A stretch of 62,991 nucleotides of DNA, filler included, from Collodictyon triciliatum (lineage: Eukaryota): the NCBI GenBank assembly GCA_043381765.1. It is 14 parts of 14 records of this genome, joined end to end, with 100 filler letters (N's around TTAATTAATTAA, not from the genome) between each part and the next. Parts side by side here need not be neighbours in the genome. Positions count along the whole stretch, not along the records: positions 13,536 to 17,946 come from JBHJMP010006130.1; positions 18,047 to 22,452 come from JBHJMP010006131.1; positions 22,553 to 26,958 come from JBHJMP010006132.1; 11 more parts are not named here. The stretch is one strand, 5' to 3'. The notes beneath the pieces were generated by a model, which worked only from the letters and a program-made list of their open reading frames with translations, was not told where the DNA came from and made no database searches. The translations under genes and the position numbers were made by a program. Shown here piece after piece: positions 13,615-24,950 of the stretch; position 1 is the first letter of the stretch; each line of letters opens with the position of its first letter.

Positions 13615-13880
13615 AACGTGGCGCGCTAACCAACCGTAAAGTCTGTGATAGGTACGCGATCAAGTCTGCCGGAAAGGGAACTCTAGCGAAAGAGCCGAAA
13701 GTTCCAAATGGTTGTCCAAGAAATGAAGGAATAGCCCCACCTTGGCGATGGCGCACAAAGGCCCAAAATCCTCACTCCAATTCACATAAGCCTTTTTTCG
13801 CTTGAATCTTGGTGTGATTATATGCATGTGTTTTTCTTGGATTCTTCAGAGAATGGAACATATACAAAGTCACTTGCTCG

Positions 13881-14441
13881 ATGGAAACCCAGGGCGATGT
13901 AGTGAACTTCTCTCCTGGAAGCGAATCGGCAGCAAAATATGAGCAGTTTACTGGTCAACATGATTTATTCGATAAAAAGAATTGTAGACATGGAATCGAA
14001 ATAAGCAGCCAGTACACTTCGACAGCTCTATCCTCCTTCAAACATGTGAAAAAATACGAGACAAGAAATGCTACGGTCAGGGGCTTTCTTGTTGGATTTT
14101 GTATTACAAGTTTAATGGGTCTTGTGATGCTTGCGCTGTATCAGAGGGCTTCGATCCGGACGGATCTAGTTATTCTGATTGGTCTGGTGATTCTTGTGAC
14201 AAAATGGTTTTTGATTGGATTAGTGACTACATTTCTAATGGATTCTGGGGTTTTATTCTGCATCACAGGTATGATATTTATATTTGTGCTCTCCATGTAT
14301 GCAAGAACGATAAAGATTGTTCGGAGAGTGCTCCTCACCGTTTGGATTCTTGTCACTCTATTTATTGTTAGCGCCATATCCATCTGGGTTGAATATGAAG
14401 ACAAATGTATCTTATCTGGGATTGATTCTTGTGCGCTATAA
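13881..14441 (+). CDS. Hypothetical intronless membrane protein (~4 TM segments)
   Basis: 186-aa ATG-TAA ORF with four hydrophobic stretches after a hydrophilic N-terminus. Confidence 0.6.
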   Translation: METQGDVVNFSPGSESAAKYEQFTGQHDLFDKKNCRHGIEISSQYTSTALSSFKHVKKYETRNATVRGFLVGFCITSLMGLVMLALYQRASIRTDLVILIGLVILVTKWFLIGLVTTFLMDSGVLFCITGMIFIFVLSMYARTIKIVRRVLLTVWILVTLFIVSAISIWVEYEDKCILSGIDSCAL

Positions 14442-15037
14442 AATCAGATTCGGCCAGACGAAAATGGGTTTAATGCAATATTAATATCAGCGTTTCTATC
14501 GTTTGTTTACATATTTACTTTTCTTTTTTATGATGGCACCTTCATATAAGGTGCCAAGAAATATTCTACGAATCTCCGTAAATTCTAAAATTGAGAGGAC
14601 GGGATATACTCCCTTTTTTTATATAAAACAAAAAATAATACCATAATCGTTCAATAACTTGATAAATTAAAATAGTATTGTTATCATAGTAATCATATTT
14701 CTATTGGTACGTTCAAATTTGTAATACACCTGTAGAGAAACTGGATCTAATAATTATATTATAGACTTAAATACATCGAAATATCTTTTAAAATTGTGGT
14801 TTACATAAAATAGAGAAGATACCTATCCATAATCATGATATCTTGATAGTGCTTTTATGTGTAGCACACATTATTTCTCCTAACAGATAAAGATATTTAT
14901 TATCAAGAGACTCTTAGAAGAGATATAACAAAACAATTACATTATTCAAATATCTCTTAACTGTCAGGGAAAAAAAAACATTTATAGGTGTTTAAAAGCA
15001 TTCTACCAACATTCTATCAACAATTATCGGAGCAAAC

Positions 15038-15869
15038 ATGGAGTCTGATAGAGGCCAGAGCCATTTGATCCAAAAAATATACTCCGGTACTGACTTTGAG
15101 GAAAGAGATATCGATGGCTCAGTGGAACCAAAAATCCAGGAGAAAGATAATTCGGAAGCTGCACAAATAGACACACCGATTACAGAAGAGGAAGAAGAAT
15201 GGAAACCCCAACCGAAAAAGAAAATGTTTGCCTTTGATTGGAAAAGTGGATTTGTGTCCCCATTTGTTCCAAGTCCAGTTCAAGTTGCCAAAGATGCCTC
15301 AATGTCCATGGGTCTGACCGAATCTGACCATGTATTCGACCTGGGGTCTGGAGAGGGGCATCTTTTGTTAAACTTTATTGCAGGCTCTGGGTGCAAAGGT
15401 GATCTACCTATATGCAAATTAATTTTTTCATTCAATTAGAATCAATCAAATTTAGCTGGAATGATTCAGAAAAACAATCTTAATAAAATATGATTCTGTA
15501 TGCAGGGTTTATTTTTTTTACAGAATGATTTTTTCTTCTGTAGGGACGGGCATTGAGCTGGACGCTAATCTTGTAGAGAAGTCAGTATCTATCGCCAGGG
15601 ACATGAATCTATCCAACCACGTGGAATTCATATGCCAAGACATATTCCAAGCTGACCTGTCCTACGCATCGGTCATTGTATTTTTTCTTCTACCAGAGGC
15701 GATAAAGCGTTTGATATCTTCCTCAGCGATACAAGAGGCGTTTGAGCGTGGTGTCCGTTTCGTTAGTATTCGTTGGCCAATAGAACCTTGGATTCAACAC
15801 CTTGATAATGGAGTTACAGAGGAAGAATACCGTTCGAAACAATTCTTTATATACAGAAGAAATAAATAG
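15038..15869 (+). CDS. Class I SAM-dependent methyltransferase (FAM173/DOT1-like type), 2 exons
   Basis: SPFVPSP..VA, VFDLGSGEG (motif I), intron ~15399-15544, GTGIELD (motif II), FICQDIFQADLSYASVIVFFLLPE, RFVSIRWPI. Confidence 0.85.
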
Positions 15870-16239
15870 AAGGAAAAAAGTGAATGGGATGCACAAGAAA
15901 AAAAAGATACAAGGAAAAGTAAAAGTAAAAAAATATACGGTACATTTATCACCATGATTTTCCAACAAAAACAATTCAAGAAGCGTTTTTGGCGTTTTTG
16001 TATATAAATTTTATCGAAAACGCGTTTTTTTAAATCTGGCTCGTCGATTGCTAATGTGCGTATAACAAGGCTTCATTACGGCTGCGCTTTTGCTGGCACT
16101 CACGAATTCTCTCAGTGTTCGTTTCACCCGGTATCCTCAACCGAGACACAGGTACGACTCCGCCCGCAGACACATCTGCCCGCCGATGCACAGCCAAACG
16201 ACTCTCCTAACAATAAAAAAAATGACTGAAAATTATATA

Positions 16240-16317
16240 CTTAATGATGACTACTTTCCCTTGAATTCCAATTCAATTTCTATCCCATTCTATCGGTGTC
16301 GCGCCCATCGCTGAAAG
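16240..16317 (+). ncRNA. Candidate box C/D snoRNA in the 5'-UTR intron of RPS25
   Basis: Box C ATGATGA 16244-16250, box D CTGA 16311-16314, terminal CTT/AAG stem in kink-turn register. Lies in a GT(16152)..AG(16469) intron. The D-guide CTATCGGTGTCGCGCCCAT resembles the antisense of LSU rRNA domain I (..GGCGAGAGACCGATAG..). Confidence 0.6.
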
Positions 16318-16477
16318 AAGCGACAAATACCACTCATTTACCATAATAATGTCTTCTTCATCGTAAATATTCAAAGAACAATTCCTAATCAATGGTTTAT
16401 TTCACACCAACCACACTATCTTATGGTCGCCATTCATGCACTGTCCATCGATCCGCCTATTCACGCCAGGTTAAAAC

Positions 16478-17107
16478 ATGGTAAGCCCTCCGATCACCTC
16501 ACCCTTCCCATGACCCAAAGCAATGTTAGCAACTGTCTCTAATTCCGAGTGATCATCCCAGGCCAAGAAGGAAGAAACCTCCAAGAAGGACTCCGCCAAG
16601 AAGGAATCCTCCAGCTCCGGCGGAAAGCAAAAGAAGAAGGTTCTCCAGCCAACGATCTTGCGGTTTACTTGCCCCACGTACTTCTGGAAACCCACGAACA
16701 TTACTACCATAGTCCGCCAACTGACACATACACTACCTCTTGCAAACCCTGTAGAAGTGGTCTAAGGGAAAGGTCCGCGAAAAACTCAACAACAATGTCT
16801 ACCTCGACAAGGCCACCAGCGACAAGTTGGTTAAGGAAGTCTCCACCTACAAGGTCATCACCCTCTCTGTCATCAGCGAGCGCCTGAAGGTACAACACCC
16901 AAGCCCCTTTTCTCCCAGCTAATCGTGTATTCTGGCCTGCAACAGACAAACCTATGACCGCACATGAAGCTTGACTCACCTGCCGCCATGAACCAGGTCA
17001 ATGGCTCTGTTGCCCGCCGCGCCATCCGTGAGCTCCTCGCCAAGAAGCTCATCCGCCCTGTTGTCCAGTCCACCACACAGGCCATCTACACCCGCGCCAC
17101 CCACTAA
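16478..17107 (+). CDS. RPS25: 40S ribosomal protein S25 (eS25), 4 coding exons
   Basis: [95 protein letters not shown]. Confidence 0.96.
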
Positions 17108-17307
17108 ATGTGTTGTTTCATAACAAACGCCCGTTACCACCTGTCCCTTGACTCGACTGATTCACTGCGCCTAGGCTGTTTTGATGACTCCTTGTGTTTA
17201 CTCACAAATACACGTAGCAGACTGGGTTGGTGGTGATGTGATCGTCACTCTTTATCGAAGTGTCTGTCCCCCTTGTAGATCAGTCGACAAGAATATTCCG
17301 CGCGTGG

Positions 17308-17817
17308 CTAAGCGACGGTTTTCTTGTACAGGACATTGGAGAAGGTGCCCACAAACTCGTCGTAGCTGATCTCTCCGTCTGTGAGCAGAGGAGACAGGCG
17401 GATGAGTGAGGTGGCTTCAACTTCAACGTGTCCGGCAGGTTCTAATCAACGGAGACAGACCTTTGTTGACGTCGAGAGTCTCCATCAGAGTGTCCACTTC
17501 CGTTGCGCTGAACGGCTCGGGGAGTTGCTCGTTCAGAGCACCCAAACCCTGCATAAACTCGTCTCGCGTGATGGTGCCTGTCGGTGGAGCGATAAAGAGT
17601 GTTGTGTGGATTGGAATAAGAAAAGGAAAAGGAAAAGGAAAAGGGAAGGGGAAAGGAAAAGGAAAAGGAAAAGAGGGGAAGCAGCGACTTGATTCTATGT
17701 GTTTCTATTGCGCTTACCAGAGCCGTCGAGATCCAAGTAGTAGAAGGCGGAGCGCAGGGTTGCGCGATTGCGGAACAGTTTCGAGGCGAAGATGGAGATG
17801 AGAGACGAACCCATCGC
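17308..17817 (-). CDS. EF-hand pair protein C-terminus, similar to PPEF/rdgC phosphatases (5' truncated)
   Basis: Three exons: KLFRNRATLRSAFYYLDLDGSG|TITRDEF...TLDVNKD|GEISYDEFV...KTVA*. Two canonical EF loops. Confidence 0.75.
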
Positions 17818-17841
17818 CTGGAATAAGACACCATAAGATGC

Positions 17842-17844
<3 letters not shown>

Positions 17845-17874
<30 letters not shown>

Positions 17875-17946
17875 TGTATGTATGTATGTATGTATGTATG
17901 TATGTATGTATGTATGTATGTATGTATGTATGTATGTATGTATGTA
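17845..17946. repeat. (TATG)n microsatellite at contig end
   Basis: Tetranucleotide run. Confidence 0.97.
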
Positions 17947-18399
17947 NNNNNNNNNNNNNNNNNNNNNNNNNNNNNNNNNNNNNNNNNNNNTTAATTAATT
18001 AANNNNNNNNNNNNNNNNNNNNNNNNNNNNNNNNNNNNNNNNNNNNACGCGTATGACAGACGTCGGAGTACGTGCTGGAGAAATGTGGTGTGTATGTGTC
18101 ACAAAGTTTGGAAGAACCCGTTCGACCCCCCGTTGCTTCGCAGCGTCCCCTTTCTACCAACCCCCAAGTTGCCTATTGATTGAGTAGACTCCTTGTTTTG
18201 TTATTGCGCCACTTAATCGGCCACCAAAACTTGCGTCTCCCTTTTCATTCTTGCTTCCCGCACATCCAATGGAAAAACACAAGCCGCGACCCGTCAAATG
18301 TTTTGCATGTTGCAACTAGTTTTTCTGGTTCCAAAGCTGGCGCGGAAAAACCCCGAGTTTCACGTAAGTCTAGGAAGACCCGTGAAAGAGAGCCGCCTG

Positions 18400-19474
18400 C
18401 AAGTCCGTCTGAGCGGATAGTATTTTTGCACGGGGTCGAGCAAGTCGTTTATAACAAGAACAAGGCCCGCAGACTCACCGATGCGCTCACCCGACAGCGA
18501 AGGCCTTTGCCTGATAGCCTTCCCCACTGCAGAAAACGCCCGAAAGCTTCTGGAGCTGAAGCAGGTAAGTTTGATCGATATTACGATCAGCTTCAGCAGA
18601 GGTAAACCAACAGAGACCTTGTTGATGCTCTACCAACTACCGCTGGACGTGTGGCCACAACTCCTTCATGAGGAGCTGAAGCCGTTCAGACCGACCCACG
18701 TGGACATAAAAAAGGACAAATGCTTCTTCACAGACACGGCCGTGGTGAAGGTTCTTTGTCACAAGAACCAGCTCCCTGCAAAGTTTACGGTCATGTATAA
18801 GAAGTGTCCAAAGCGCATCCTCAAAGAGCGTCCGCCAGCTGCGAACAACGAACGACAAGTAAAAGCCCCGCAAAAGATTACACCCGCCAAGCAGACAAGC
18901 AGCAACAGAGACAAGGAAGCCAAGGCCAGGCAACAACTGAGTCCGCAAGACTCACAGCAGATACGCGCATACAGCGACAGCGACGATGACGTGGAGGAAA
19001 TCTCGGTTCCTCTTCAGAATCCTCGCACTCGAGTCCTCCACCGCCAACACCGGACAAGCCCGCACATCGCAAGACCCAAGAGCAGCGCATCTCCAAACCC
19101 CGAAAGAAATCCCTTTTAAACTACCCATTCAGACTGACATGAATATGGTTAACATAGGAGGCATCAAGGCAGTCTTCGTTACTTATCCGAAAGGATACTC
19201 CAAAGCGAAGGCAACACAAGAACCAGCGCCCACCAAAGATAGTCCGTTTACCCTGCCCCAGCCCGTCGCACCGAGAACCAAGGAGCAAGAGCAAACACCA
19301 CAAGTCGAATCCAAGCTTGGAACTTCACACACTAAAGACAGTCCGAGCAAGCAGGAGCGTATGTTTCTAAAACCACAAACGCGTATCCATACTCCGGTTA
19401 AGCAAAGTCCACTGCCGGCTACGCATGGTTCCGAAACCAGGGGACGGTCAAGCGCCACTTCCGATAATGCCTGA
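18400..19474 (+). mobile_element. L1/Tx1-like ORF1 (gag/RRM-type) relic, frameshifted
   Basis: Intronless, higher GC. LIAFPTAENARKLL..I.F..TLLMLYQLPLDV..LLHEELKPF pattern followed by a P/Q/S/T-rich disordered tail, split over three overlapping frames. Confidence 0.55.
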
Positions 19475-19686
19475 CAAACAACGATGTATCGCTTTTTGTC
19501 TGAATCTTTCAGCAAAAAACGTAAGGAAAGTGACCCGTTGTCTCTTTAAAAGACTCATAGTGTGTAATGAAATAGGATGCAAACCTTGTCTGAGATAGGT
19601 GGTTGAAAGGACTCGTCGGAACCGATTTTCGAAGTAACTGCCATGTGCGTACTTTCTTAAAATAATTATTTAAACTTCTATGATAA

Positions 19687-21097
19687 TTTTTTTATTCTTC
19701 CTTTCAACTTTGTGCAGGATAGTGAAGGTGTTGGATTTGGTTCTCTAGCCATCGTTTGCATGGGCGCTACTTGGTGACATTGAGGTGGCAGAGAAGTAGT
19801 CGGTAATCAGGAATTGCATCCTGCGGTTCGGCCTGTAGCCTGGGTCTTCTGCCTGCATGAGGGGGACAAGGCGAGGTTTAATATCCTTCTCAGCCTCTTT
19901 CCACATGTCTCTTCTCACAGGGTCTGATTAGTAGAGAACGTGCAGGTGGCGAAAGAGGCTGTTGAGGAAAGAGATTTGTATGATGTCATCCAGTCTATTA
20001 CAGGAATGGGTGGCTGGTTGTTGAGTCTTGCTTTGCGTGAGTGCATGCGCGCCATCCACATAGTCCATAGCAAATGGCCTCGCGTCACTGCCCAGAATGT
20101 TTTTGCCTCTGGACGCAGCTGTTGCAGAGGCCCAAATATCGCCTGTATTGGGCCAACAGCCGCAGCCGTCTTGAGTGTCAGTCGAAGAATCTCGCCGGCT
20201 GTTTCGCGCAGGTTTTGAGGGAAGGGACATTGCACAAACGTGTGCTCCATGGGTTCATCACGGTTGGTGCAAAGTGTACATTGTTGGGAGTCTTTGCCAG
20301 CTTTTGCCGCGCGTGTGCCTATCCATAGCTCCCTATTGGTGATATTAAGCATTAGAGCGATGATTTGGAAGGACTTGCGGTGTTCGTGCTTGTCTCCAGC
20401 TTGCGGTGAGCGGGGTGTGGGTGATGCCCAGTGTTTCTCCCCATCGTTGATGTTTTGACTTTTTGTAGGGAGTTGGCGGCGATATATTGTATCGAAAGAA
20501 TTCGGAGTAGGCCATAGCCATAGATAACTGAGTATACTGGGCACCGTTAGACGAGCGTTCGTTCTTGAGGCGGAAAAAGAATGGCGACGGGATGTCGTAT
20601 GAGATTGGTCAGCCTGAGCGCCATTTTCCTTTGTTATTCAGGACGGCTGTGGTTGGCTGTGCATCTTGTGTGCGGAATGCGGTGGAGCCTGGCGTTGTGA
20701 TGTATGAGCCGTCTTCTTTGAATGAGATTTCTCTGACGGTGGCCGCGTTGCCTTCGTGAACCTGTTTGGTGATGCAGAAGCCTTTCTGGTTGTCCCAGCA
20801 TATTTGTCTTGCTGCTGATGGCTCGTTTAGGGGTATTGTCATTTCGTAGTGATTATACAGAATCTGCCAACGCGAGAGCAAAGGCATTGGTGCGTTTGGA
20901 GGTGGTCGTGTGATTGTTCTTTGTTTCAACTGTGTTTTGAAGTCTCCACACAGTTTTGTGATGAGTTTCTAGATCACATTTTGCCAAAACCCTTTCGGCT
21001 GCATGAACATGTCCGTCCACCACTTCATGGTCAGTGATATACATGCGGGTTTGGGTGTGATGAGTCCAACACCTAAAACCCCCTTTGAGAAAGAGAG
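19687..21097 (-). mobile_element. 5'-truncated L1/Tx1-like LINE (ORF2 C-terminus, 3' UTR, A-tail) with probable TSD
   Basis: KGVLGVGL..MKWW..FWQNV thumb region; CTLC..EPMEHTFVQC zinc-binding motif; FW..LLWTMWMAR; internal stops. Ends GCACAAAGTTGAAAGGAAGAAT(A)7. TATGATAATTT is repeated at 19679-19689 and 21103-21113. Confidence 0.85.
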
Positions 21098-21611
21098 TTC
21101 AGTATGATAATTTAAATCAGCATTAGCAGCACAGAGGAAGAAAAAAATCCGAATTCCTTGGTATTTACGGAGGTAAAAATAGATTCCATCTGAAAAGAGA
21201 AATATAATGCACGGCTTATAATAATTTATAGTAAACTAATACATAGATATTTTAAAAAACCATTAATATCAGATTAAATATTTGAGATTTAATTTTGATA
21301 TTCAGTGACACAGGATGACATAATTCTTCAATTCAGAATCTTGAGTGAAGCGGCAGAAAGAAAGCAAATCAAGATCTTCAAAAAACATAAGAGAATATAA
21401 CATTCAAATAAATACTTCAATAAATTTTAGAAAAGGTCATTTATATTTGGAAGCAACTAAGTGCTTCAATATGTAAAAATTACATAAATTATTTACCAAA
21501 ATAATTCAATGGAACTCCATTAAGTCACAAAAAATCTTCTTCATATGACTGGGACGTGTATTCTATACATAATTCACCATAAAAGATGCCAAACGAATAT
21601 TCATAATAGAT

Positions 21612-21630
21612 CTTTAAATCGAATAAAGGA
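21612..21630 (+). mobile_element. Micro-retroposon family A, older copy
   Basis: CTTTAAATCGAATAAAGGA (1 mismatch to consensus). Flanks TATTCATAATAGAT / TATTCAGTACTGAT may be a decayed TSD. Confidence 0.5.
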
Positions 21631-21995
21631 TAATTTATTCAGTACTGATTAGAGCCAATATCAATATTTTATTAAAAACAACTAGCAGCGATTATTATTG
21701 AATAAATTATGATATACATGTTGTAATAATCGAAAAATATAGTATAGAAAGTGAAACATAAAATAAAAACTCTCAAATGAATCTATTTGTACAATTTGCA
21801 AGAGACCATGAACAAAACACAATTACGCAGGTAAAAAAAACAGAAGTAAATCTAATAGTTTGAATATAGCAGTAGCCACAGGAAAACATATTGAAACCTC
21901 ATGCACCATTGAGGTGTCATGAGACAGAATCTTTGAAAAATTATGCGAAAGAAACCTTCATGGAAATTAACCTCTTCAACCCATGGGCATTAAAC

Positions 21996-22075
21996 ATGTC
22001 AACTTCGCGGAAATCAACCACGTCGACTTCGCGGAAATCTACCATGTCGACTTCGCGGAAATCTAAAATGTCAAC
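21996..22075. repeat. 24-bp minisatellite, 3.3 copies
   Basis: Unit ATGTCGACTTCGCGGAAATCTACC with few substitutions, no spacers. Confidence 0.9.
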
Positions 22076-22558
22076 AGAACATAAAATTTTCCATATAACA
22101 GGCATTTAGTCCAGTACTTAAATGTAATTATCACGTCCTCCAATGAAAAAAAAAAAGCTCTCTTACTATTAGAAACAAAAAGCTCCTCACTTATGTGGGA
22201 GACAATAGTGTCCCTGAAAATGCCTGTGATATTGTTAATCATGTCCTGGTCATCTCTTGTTATCAAAGCCCTCTCTGTCTTGCCCTGCGAGTTCAGTATT
22301 GAATTTTCATTTCTCTTTCTGTTCCTTTTCTCTTCATACTTCAAGCAGAGCAGTAGACCCAGTAAAGAGGAAACCACCTAGCGAAATGCAGCACGTTGAC
22401 TCGGAAGCCTTGGAAACTGACATCACAGCCCGGTGAGAGTTAGCCTTGTTACNNNNNNNNNNNNNNNNNNNNNNNNNNNNNNNNNNNNNNNNNNNNTTAA
22501 TTAATTAANNNNNNNNNNNNNNNNNNNNNNNNNNNNNNNNNNNNNNNNNNNNTCCTCG

Positions 22559-22641
22559 GACAAGGACAAGGACAAGGACAAGGACAAGGACAAGGACAAG
22601 GACAAGGACAAGGACAAGGACAAGGACAAGGACAAGGACAA
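22559..22641. repeat. (GACAAG)n intronic repeat
   Basis: 6-mer tandem array. Confidence 0.95.
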
Positions 22642-22721
22642 TACAAAAAATTAATTAAAAGGCATAACACACAAAAGCACACAAAAGCACACACGCGAAA
22701 CACAATCATTGACATTCCTAC

Positions 22722-24858
22722 CGCCAGTCGAGGTCGTCCATTCCGATGCGGGAATCTCTGCCACATCTTTATCGGCATGTCCATCACGGTCACTATAAGA
22801 CGCAGTCAGTCTTATCGTCTTATCATCAGCGCCTGCAGATTAATGATGTACACTTTACAACACTCCTCTTTTCCCTTTTTATTTCTTTTTTTTTTTAAAA
22901 AAAAAAATTACACTTGTCTTAGCTTTGAGAAATACATGCACTTTTAGGGAATTTTTCTCCTTTTTTTTTTTTTACCGGAGATGGGTTTGATTAAATCGTT
23001 AAAGGTAAAGATTCAGTGAATAAACAATAATAATAAAAACTATAAGAAAGAGTGAAAAAAAAATAATGAAAGAAAAAAAGCTGAAGGCTGAACCTGTTGG
23101 TTGCTCTTTTTCTTTCAAGCGAACGAGGATGACTCCGCCTTTGGTTCCTTCCTCACTTGTGCGACTCGGAAAGAGCGTGTTGACCTGTCCATACGCAGAA
23201 CGTTTTAAGATTTTTTAAAAATCAAATGGAAATAAACACAAATTACATATAAGATGTCGCCTTTGGCTTGAGCTGCTTCGGGACTTCCATAAACCTAATA
23301 TCATTTTTTGGTCAAATTAAATACACTATATCTCCATGTGTTTTCAAATTCTAGACAACAGCAAGCAAGGGTTTCTTGAATCACATGTTCACAGACTGCC
23401 GAGCCAGGTATTATCGCCAAACCCACACACCTTTTCGATTTCGTAGAATGTGCTCTCGAATTTCAGACTTAGGTCAAACACAAGAGGAGTCACAATCAGG
23501 TCAAATTCCTGGCAAAGATGAAGCGTTCGTCAGTATACTTTATATATATATATGTCCTCACGCATATTGATGTATCGGAGGGAAGTATTCCTGTAGTAAA
23601 CAGCGACAACCTCATTGATTTTTTCGTTGAATTCTTTTCCATTGTGTACTGAAAAATAGTTTGCACCTCTTACTTTGGTGATGGCTATGTAAAAGTTTGT
23701 GTATAATTGATTATTATTTTTTTACTGGAAAATAAAAAAAAATGCGTGTCATTGCATAATAAAAATTGTTCATATTGCACATCAAACCCTCATACATTCA
23801 ATCAACTCTGATTGAAAGTCCAGTCCAATCCCCACAAACGTGGAATAGATTTTATTGGCAGCTGCTTCCTAAAACAAACAAATACTTCAATCCGCAGCTT
23901 TGCCTAGTCTTTTGCTTTGCATCCCCGGAAATTAAATCACATAATATGATATATTTTCTCAGCAATTAAATAGTTGCATGAAAGAAGTTCACAAAGTCCC
24001 ACTTTTGTGATTTGAAGGAGTTCGTTTTCATCGATGTTGCCAGTGTTGGGCATGGCATCCGTCAAAAATATGATTCTGTTGTCGTATCCCTCCAGTATGC
24101 CCAACTCTTTGAAATTGGCAACAGCCATACGAAGTCCAGCCTCCATGTTTGTCGCTTCACAAAACGAATGACATCATTAATATGAATACAGCGTTCTAAT
24201 ATTTTTTCATCATCTTGAAAGCTTCGTATTTGCTTGCAGATTACGAATGTACACCAAATATACTGTGAATGAGTGAATCCTGCCATAGCTCTCTATCCTG
24301 TTAGCTTTCATTTCAGACAGCGCAGAGATTCAGGTGTGATATGGTATATTCGTATACATGTATATATGTACCTCCGGCTGGTTGAACTTCCAAAAGATGT
24401 TTCTTTATACTCGCCATATCAGTCGTTCCGACAGTGCGAAAAGGCTTCATTTGTGGGGATAATAAAAAAAAAATATGAATATATATATATACCGTTATAA
24501 TCAATTGTGGATACGGGTTGGTGGTCGAATTACCTTGGCCAAGTAGGCGTCGTGGTCAAATAGGACTATTCCGAGTCTGTCTTCCGCGTTGAGATGGTCG
24601 ACCATACTTGCTAAGCTCTATGAATAAAAGTGAGGGCTAGCGAACCAAATCCAAAATCTCCATCATCTTGCACAAATTCAAAGGAAGAATATGATAAAGT
24701 GAATAAAAGTAAGGAAAAGTTGGGATGATGAGGCGCTGGCGAGAATCAGACAGTAGTCTTGAAATCAAGGTGAAAATAAAAGAGAGAGAGAAGGAGCAAA
24801 CCTTGGTTGCAAGCTTCAATTTTGTCTCTGTCTCGCTCTCCTCCCCTCTTTTTTTTAA

Positions 24859-24950
<92 letters not shown>

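Noticed and set aside
18400-21097. Twin-priming inversion of one LINE
   Set aside because: Twin priming gives divergent halves inside one TSD pair; these are convergent and the minus-strand piece has its own probable TSD.
21996-22075. 24-bp repeats (and the 135-bp WD40 repeats) as a CRISPR array
   Set aside because: Head-to-tail units with no unique spacers, eukaryotic context and no cas genes.
22063-22377. Minus-strand ORF at the end of contig 5, and the 31234-31355 block
   Set aside because: Could be terminal exons of off-contig genes, but no recognisable motif or secure frame.
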